A stretch of DNA of 64,000 nucleotides, taken from contig CAYNKV010000001.1 of the NCBI GenBank assembly GCA_964397905.1, positions 89-64,088 on the forward strand, given 5' to 3'. Positions 58,991 through 64,000 of the stretch are shown here, piece by piece. The DNA is from an uncultured bacterium (GTDB taxonomy: Bacteria; Chlamydiota; Chlamydiia; Chlamydiales; Rhabdochlamydiaceae). The position numbers were made by a program, and so were the translations under genes. Positions within the stretch are counted from its first letter, which is position 1. Every line of letters starts with the position of its first letter. The notes under the pieces are model-generated. The model was not told where the DNA came from. It made no database searches and was given only the letters and a program-made list of their open reading frames with translations.

Positions 58991-60373
58991 ATGGGCAAGA
59001 AAACAATAACGCTTTTTACTTTGGTGATGATCAATCTGGCTGCTATGGGAGGTGTGAAGGGATGGCCTGCCATTGCAGGGTATGGTTCTGGAGCTCTTTT
59101 CTATCTACTTCTGGCGGTCTTTTTGTTTTTTTTACCTGTAGCTGCTGTTTCAGCGGAGCTTGCGACGGGATGGCCAGAAAATGGGGGGGTTTTTGTATGG
59201 GTAAGAGAAGCTTTTGGGTTTCGGTCTGGTTTTTTGGCTGTCTGGCTTCTCTGGTTTGAGAATGTGATCTGGTACCCTACTATACTTGCTTTTATTGCCG
59301 CTACTTCTGCATATATTTTCGATCCTGTTTGGGGGGAAAACCGGTTTTATGTTGTATCCGTTGCTCTGCTTGCCTTCTGGTTAATGACTCTGATCAATCT
59401 CTATGGGATAGAGTTTTATGGTTGGGTAAGTAGTATAGCTGCCCTGGTTGGCGGGATTCTTCCCTCTCTGGTTATTATTTTTCTTGGTTTTTTCTGGTTT
59501 TATTCTGGGGAATCGATTCAATGGAGTGGTTCTCATTTTATACCCAAGCTATCCTGGGATCAGCTGCCCATCTTTGCTGGGGTGATGCTCTCTTTTTGTG
59601 GGATAGAGATTTCTGCTGTTCATGCGCGGGATGTTCGTTTTCCTCAGCGCGACTATCCTCGCGCTACTCTTATTTCTACGCTGCTATTTGTGCTGCTCTC
59701 TCTGATGGGGGTTTTTTCGATAGCGGCAGTGGTGCCGCGTGAGCAGCTAAGCCTTACCTCTGGTACGATGCAGGCGTTGATTGCTTTTGTCTCCTTTTTT
59801 CACTTAGAGCAGCTGGTTCCCTTGGTTGCTATTCTGATCGTGATAGGTGCGTTGGCTTCTCTGATCACCTGGATCGTCGGACCAAGTCGAGCTCTTTGCG
59901 AAGCGATCGGTGCCTCCCGAGCTTTTCCCTCTTGTTTCAGTCGGGTGAATTCTAAAGGAATGCCCCATATGCTTCTTTTATTCCAGGGGGTGATTGTTAC
60001 GCTGCTTACAGCGCTTTTTCTCTTTATGCCGACCATAAGTAGTGGTTACTGGATCTTGGTGGTTATGGCTACGCAGGTCTATCTGTTGATGTATATATTG
60101 ATGTTTGCAGCAGCGATTAGGTTGCGTTATCGAAGAGCTGACCAGGTTCGCAGCTATCGAGTTCCTGGGAATAAGCTGGGTATCTGGATAGTTGGAGGTG
60201 TGGGGATTCTTAGTTCTCTTGCCACTTTTCTGACTGGCTTTATTCCTCCTCCTCTTCAGATTTCTAGAGGAAACTCTCTCTTCTACTGCTCTTTCCTTCT
60301 ATTAGGCACTCTCCTTATAGTTCTATTTCCTTTTTTATTTTTCATGAAGGGGAGGGAGAATGTTCGGTCGTAG
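58991..60373 (+). CDS. APC family amino acid permease (paralog of 6058..7452)
   Basis: AELATGWPENGGVFVWV, IWYPTIL, PQRDYPRA, MYILMFAAA. Confidence 0.9.
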   Translation: MGKKTITLFTLVMINLAAMGGVKGWPAIAGYGSGALFYLLLAVFLFFLPVAAVSAELATGWPENGGVFVWVREAFGFRSGFLAVWLLWFENVIWYPTILAFIAATSAYIFDPVWGENRFYVVSVALLAFWLMTLINLYGIEFYGWVSSIAALVGGILPSLVIIFLGFFWFYSGESIQWSGSHFIPKLSWDQLPIFAGVMLSFCGIEISAVHARDVRFPQRDYPRATLISTLLFVLLSLMGVFSIAAVVPREQLSLTSGTMQALIAFVSFFHLEQLVPLVAILIVIGALASLITWIVGPSRALCEAIGASRAFPSCFSRVNSKGMPHMLLLFQGVIVTLLTALFLFMPTISSGYWILVVMATQVYLLMYILMFAAAIRLRYRRADQVRSYRVPGNKLGIWIVGGVGILSSLATFLTGFIPPPLQISRGNSLFYCSFLLLGTLLIVLFPFLFFMKGRENVRS

Positions 60374-61118
60374 AAGGGGAGAGGAGAGCTGGGAAGAATC
60401 TCATCGTTGGTATGATGCTCTTGTGGGAAAGCGGGGGCATTATTATCATCGAGAGCTGATTATTCCTAATAGCTTGCGTCTTCTGAAGCTAGGGAGGGGA
60501 GACTCGCTTCTTGATCTCTGTTGTGGACAGGGAGTAGTGAGTCGCTATCTTCCGCCTGGGGTCGATTATCTGGGTGTTGATGCGGCGCCTTCCCTCATTG
60601 AGAGAGCAAGGAGCTACTCTTCTCATCGTTTTCTTGTGGCAGATATTGGAGAACCTTTATCGCTTGATCATCCTCCCTTTTCTCATGCTATCGTTCTGCT
60701 GGCTCTACAGAATTTGGAAAGCTTTCAACCTCTTTTTGCTAATCTCTTTCGATTACTTCGGTCGGGGGGAAGAGTGTTAATCGTATTAAACCATCCCTGC
60801 TTTCGGATTCCTCGCCAATCTTCGTGGGGGGTTGATCGATCTGCTCATCTCTCTTATCGGCGTGTGGATCGTTACATGAGTCCGATGTCGATTCCTATTC
60901 AAACATCTCCTAGTAAACAGGCAGCTTCTTCTACTACCTACTCTTTTCACCAACCTCTTTCTGCCTATGTTCAAGGCTTATCGGAGGCTAATTTCAAAAT
61001 AGTTAATCTGGAAGAGTGGACTTCTAACAAAAAAAGTGTGGGAGCTGCGGCCCAACAAGAGAATCGCTGTCGCCAGGAGTTCCCCCTTTTTTTAGCTCTT
61101 TTGGCTGCCCGTGATTAG
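60360..61118 (+). CDS. Class I SAM-dependent methyltransferase
   Basis: LLDLCCGQG, YLGVD, LRSGGRV. Confidence 0.85.
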   Translation: MFGRRRGEESWEESHRWYDALVGKRGHYYHRELIIPNSLRLLKLGRGDSLLDLCCGQGVVSRYLPPGVDYLGVDAAPSLIERARSYSSHRFLVADIGEPLSLDHPPFSHAIVLLALQNLESFQPLFANLFRLLRSGGRVLIVLNHPCFRIPRQSSWGVDRSAHLSYRRVDRYMSPMSIPIQTSPSKQAASSTTYSFHQPLSAYVQGLSEANFKIVNLEEWTSNKKSVGAAAQQENRCRQEFPLFLALLAARD

Positions 61119-61187
61119 GGGGGGATGCTTATTTTCTTCTTTATGGTAACCTGATCTTAGTATATCTTCTATCCTTGGTAAGTCTCC

Positions 61188-63026
61188 ATGTGTGGTATTT
61201 TTGGTTATATTGGTTCCGGTGATGGTGTAGCGATCTGCTTGGATGGATTGAAGAAGATCGAATATCGAGGCTACGATTCTGCCGGCTTGGTAGCTGTTGA
61301 TAGCAAGAAGGATGAGCTCTGCTTCTGGAAAGAGGTGGGGAAGGTGGAGAGGTTGGAGCGGCTATGTCGCCAAGGGGATTCTCTTCTTTCTCCAGTTGTT
61401 GCGCATACCCGATGGGCAACTCATGGGGTACCATCGTGGAAGAATGCACATCCACAGTTTGATCAGCGCAAGCAGGTCGCTGTAGTCCACAACGGGATTA
61501 TAGAGAACTACCTTATGTTGCGTAAGCAGTTGGAGGAGAGGGGTGTCTCCTTCTATTCTGAGACGGATACGGAGGTGATAGCCCACTGGATAGCCCATTT
61601 TTACGAGGGGGATTTAGCTGCGGCTGTAGAGAAGACGCTCGCTCTGCTACAAGGTTTTTGGGCGCTTGCGATAATCCATATAGATCATCCTGATCGCATA
61701 ATTGCTGTAGCGCGGAACAGCTCCTTAGCGGTGGGTCTAAAAGCTAATTTTAGGGAAGCTTATCTCTCCTCTGATCCTAACGCATTTCCTCAATCTGATT
61801 TGGATATTCTTTTTTTACATGACGACGAATTGGCGTTGATTTTCGCCGATAGGGTGGAGGTGTTTGATGCTTTTTCCACACTAGTGAAAAAGGTTCCAGA
61901 ACGGCTGCAGCTGGAAAATAGCTTGTTATCGAAAGAGCCGTTTGAACATTTTATGCTTAAGGAGATCTGTGAGCAGCCCGAATCTTTGAGGCAAAGCTAC
62001 CATAATCGGCTTATCGAAGATAGCGGTCTAGTGGAGTTTGAGAATTTCGCGCTTACCCCCCACTATCTTCAGTCGATCGAGCAGGTTTTGATATTAGCTT
62101 GCGGTAGTTCTTGGCATGCAGGTTTGATTGCTGCCTCTTTTTTCGAGGAATATGTGCATATTCCTGCCCGTGCAGAGATTGCTTCAGAGTTTCGATATAG
62201 GAATCCTCTCATCCCTAAAAATACTCTTGTGATTGCAATCAGTCAATCGGGGGAAACGTTGGATACGATTGCTGCTGTAAAAGAGGCAAAGCAGAAGGGC
62301 TGCCTCGTTGTGGCGATCTGTAATGTTCGTCACTCGAGGCTGACCCGAGAAGCAGATGCGACCATCTTCCTTCGAGCGGGGCCAGAGATTAGCGTCTGTT
62401 CTACTAAGGGATTTACCAATCAGCTCTCTTTGCTCTCTCTTTTTGCTATATTTTTAGGAAGGCAGCGCCATCTTGGAAAAGAGGAGGGGCAAGAGCTTCT
62501 GCTACAGCTACGTCAGATGCCTTTACTTCTGAAGGGGCTGATCGATAACCGCTCTATTTTTGAAAACATTGCGAAAAGGTATAGCCACTATCGAAACTTC
62601 TTCTTTTTGGGTCGTCACTACATGTTTCCTACCTGTTTAGAGGCAGCCCTTAAACTGAAAGAGATCTCCTACCTTCATGCTGCGGGCTATCCTGCAGGAG
62701 AGCTGAAGCATGGTCCCATCGCTCTTGTCGAACCTAATCTGGTAGTGGTGGGTTTATGTGGAAATCGTAGGACTCAAGATAAGATAGTGAGCAATCTTAT
62801 GGAGGTTAAGTCGAGAGGTGCTCCTGTGATAGCTTTTGCTTTTGAAAAGAGCGGTAGCTTGAAAGAGGTTGCCGATGAGCTGATTACGATTCCTCACTGT
62901 TGTGACGAGCTGGCTCCAATACCTTTTTCTGTCGCAGCCCAGCTCTTCGCCTACTATATTGCTAAAGAGCTCGGTACTAATATTGATCAGCCACGTAATC
63001 TTGCCAAATCCGTCACAGTGGAATAG
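61188..63026 (+). CDS. glmS: Glutamine--fructose-6-phosphate transaminase
   Basis: MCGIFGY, EYRGYDSAG, HTRWATHG, PRNLAKSVTVE. Confidence 0.98.
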   Translation: MCGIFGYIGSGDGVAICLDGLKKIEYRGYDSAGLVAVDSKKDELCFWKEVGKVERLERLCRQGDSLLSPVVAHTRWATHGVPSWKNAHPQFDQRKQVAVVHNGIIENYLMLRKQLEERGVSFYSETDTEVIAHWIAHFYEGDLAAAVEKTLALLQGFWALAIIHIDHPDRIIAVARNSSLAVGLKANFREAYLSSDPNAFPQSDLDILFLHDDELALIFADRVEVFDAFSTLVKKVPERLQLENSLLSKEPFEHFMLKEICEQPESLRQSYHNRLIEDSGLVEFENFALTPHYLQSIEQVLILACGSSWHAGLIAASFFEEYVHIPARAEIASEFRYRNPLIPKNTLVIAISQSGETLDTIAAVKEAKQKGCLVVAICNVRHSRLTREADATIFLRAGPEISVCSTKGFTNQLSLLSLFAIFLGRQRHLGKEEGQELLLQLRQMPLLLKGLIDNRSIFENIAKRYSHYRNFFFLGRHYMFPTCLEAALKLKEISYLHAAGYPAGELKHGPIALVEPNLVVVGLCGNRRTQDKIVSNLMEVKSRGAPVIAFAFEKSGSLKEVADELITIPHCCDELAPIPFSVAAQLFAYYIAKELGTNIDQPRNLAKSVTVE

Positions 63027-63041
63027 ATAAGGACTACCCAT

Positions 63042-64000
63042 ATGGTTTTGAATAATTCTTCATTTCAAGCAGTCGATCAAGCTTATGGCGCTTTGGGTGT
63101 CTCTGGTTTTTGTCATCCTTTGTATCAAAGCTACTCTTTTTCAAAGATTCCGGGAACGTTGCTCTCGCTTCTTGGAAGTAAAAATTTGGATGCTTTACCT
63201 GCTGACTGCTGGATAGAAGGTCATTATGATCGAGTGATACTTATTCTTCTCGATGGATTTAGTTGGGATCTTTTAGAACAAAATTATTTAACCTATCCTT
63301 TTTTAAGTCGGTTTTTTAAAGAGGGGATTGTCTCCAAGCTTACCTCCCAGTTTCCTTCGACAACAGCAGCCCACATGACTACTTTGTGCACTTCGCTTGA
63401 GGTAGGTCAGTCTGCTATTTTCGAGTGGTTTATCTATGAGCCCAGCTTAGATAGGATTGTAGCTCCTCTTCGTTATTCCTATGCTGGAGATCAGGAGAGC
63501 GAAACGCTCACGCTCGATCCTGCATCATTTTTCCCCCATGGGACCCTCTTTCAGAGGATGAAGAGAGAGGGGATAGATTCTCATGTATTTCTTCCTCGTT
63601 CGATAGCTAATTCTTCCTATTCGAAATGGATGTTTAATGGGGCAAAAATCAGTTCCTATGACCTTTTTGCAGAAGGTCTAGAGAAATTGAACTCCCAGTT
63701 GATAGATCAGACTGGCTTTTTCTGTATCTATTTCCCTGGTGTTGATTCTAAAGCGCACCACTATGGCATTGAATCGAAGGAGTTTGATGAAATGGTCCGG
63801 TCGAGTTGTCTTTCTCTAGAAGATTTCTTTTCCAGATCTGCTACCAGCTTATCAGGGAAAAACAGTTATCTAGTAACTTCTGATCACGGGATGACGCCTA
63901 TAGATCCCAACAAAACTATCTATATAAACCGCTACGTTCCTGAGTTAACTCCTTTCTTAAGGGTGGGGGCTGATGGTCGACCCCTCACACCTGCCGGATC
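63042..64000 (+). CDS. Alkaline phosphatase superfamily / nucleotide pyrophosphatase-phosphodiesterase (3' truncated; absent from ORF track)
   Basis: Manual translation: MVLNNSS..., VILILLDG, SQFPSTTAA, VTSDHG. Confidence 0.8.
   Translation, partial: MVLNNSSFQAVDQAYGALGVSGFCHPLYQSYSFSKIPGTLLSLLGSKNLDALPADCWIEGHYDRVILILLDGFSWDLLEQNYLTYPFLSRFFKEGIVSKLTSQFPSTTAAHMTTLCTSLEVGQSAIFEWFIYEPSLDRIVAPLRYSYAGDQESETLTLDPASFFPHGTLFQRMKREGIDSHVFLPRSIANSSYSKWMFNGAKISSYDLFAEGLEKLNSQLIDQTGFFCIYFPGVDSKAHHYGIESKEFDEMVRSSCLSLEDFFSRSATSLSGKNSYLVTSDHGMTPIDPNKTIYINRYVPELTPFLRVGADGRPLTPAG

Noticed and set aside
61119-61187. glmS ribozyme
   Set aside because: Spacer is only about 70 nt and lacks the conserved core

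Overview
Chromosomal segment of a Chlamydiae bacterium, most likely an environmental (Simkania/Rhabdochlamydia-like) lineage. This rests on the rpoA-rplQ-gapA-grgA order, the fused 2-oxoacid dehydrogenase E1, the UPF0158 protein, the large NAD-GDH and the CIRCE-hrcA-grpE-dnaK operon. Most of the window is housekeeping genes plus three tRNAs (Leu-TAA, His-GTG, Gln-TTG). Five AT-rich orphan blocks (about 9.7-12.9, 15.2-16.5, 31.5-33.7, 42.2-45.0 and 57.5-58.9 kb) encode effector-like proteins: coiled-coil paralogs, an NAPE-PLD-like hydrolase, a SopB/IpgD-like pseudophosphatase and an OTU-like deubiquitinase. The most striking unexplained pattern is repeated duplication of gene 3' ends (cadA, rlmN, the yycJ-like/orphan junction, the htpG-downstream spacer) at or next to these blocks. 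At cadA the duplication gives an orphan the ATPase C-terminal tail and copies a promoter positioned for leaderless expression. Housekeeping DNA flanking the blocks shows strong local G/C strand skew. Also present are a peptidoglycan-processing cluster after tRNA-Leu and a candidate structured ncRNA of about 175 nt at 50.04-50.22 kb. No integrase, transposase, reverse transcriptase or CRISPR array was seen. All calls were made by eye without database searches.
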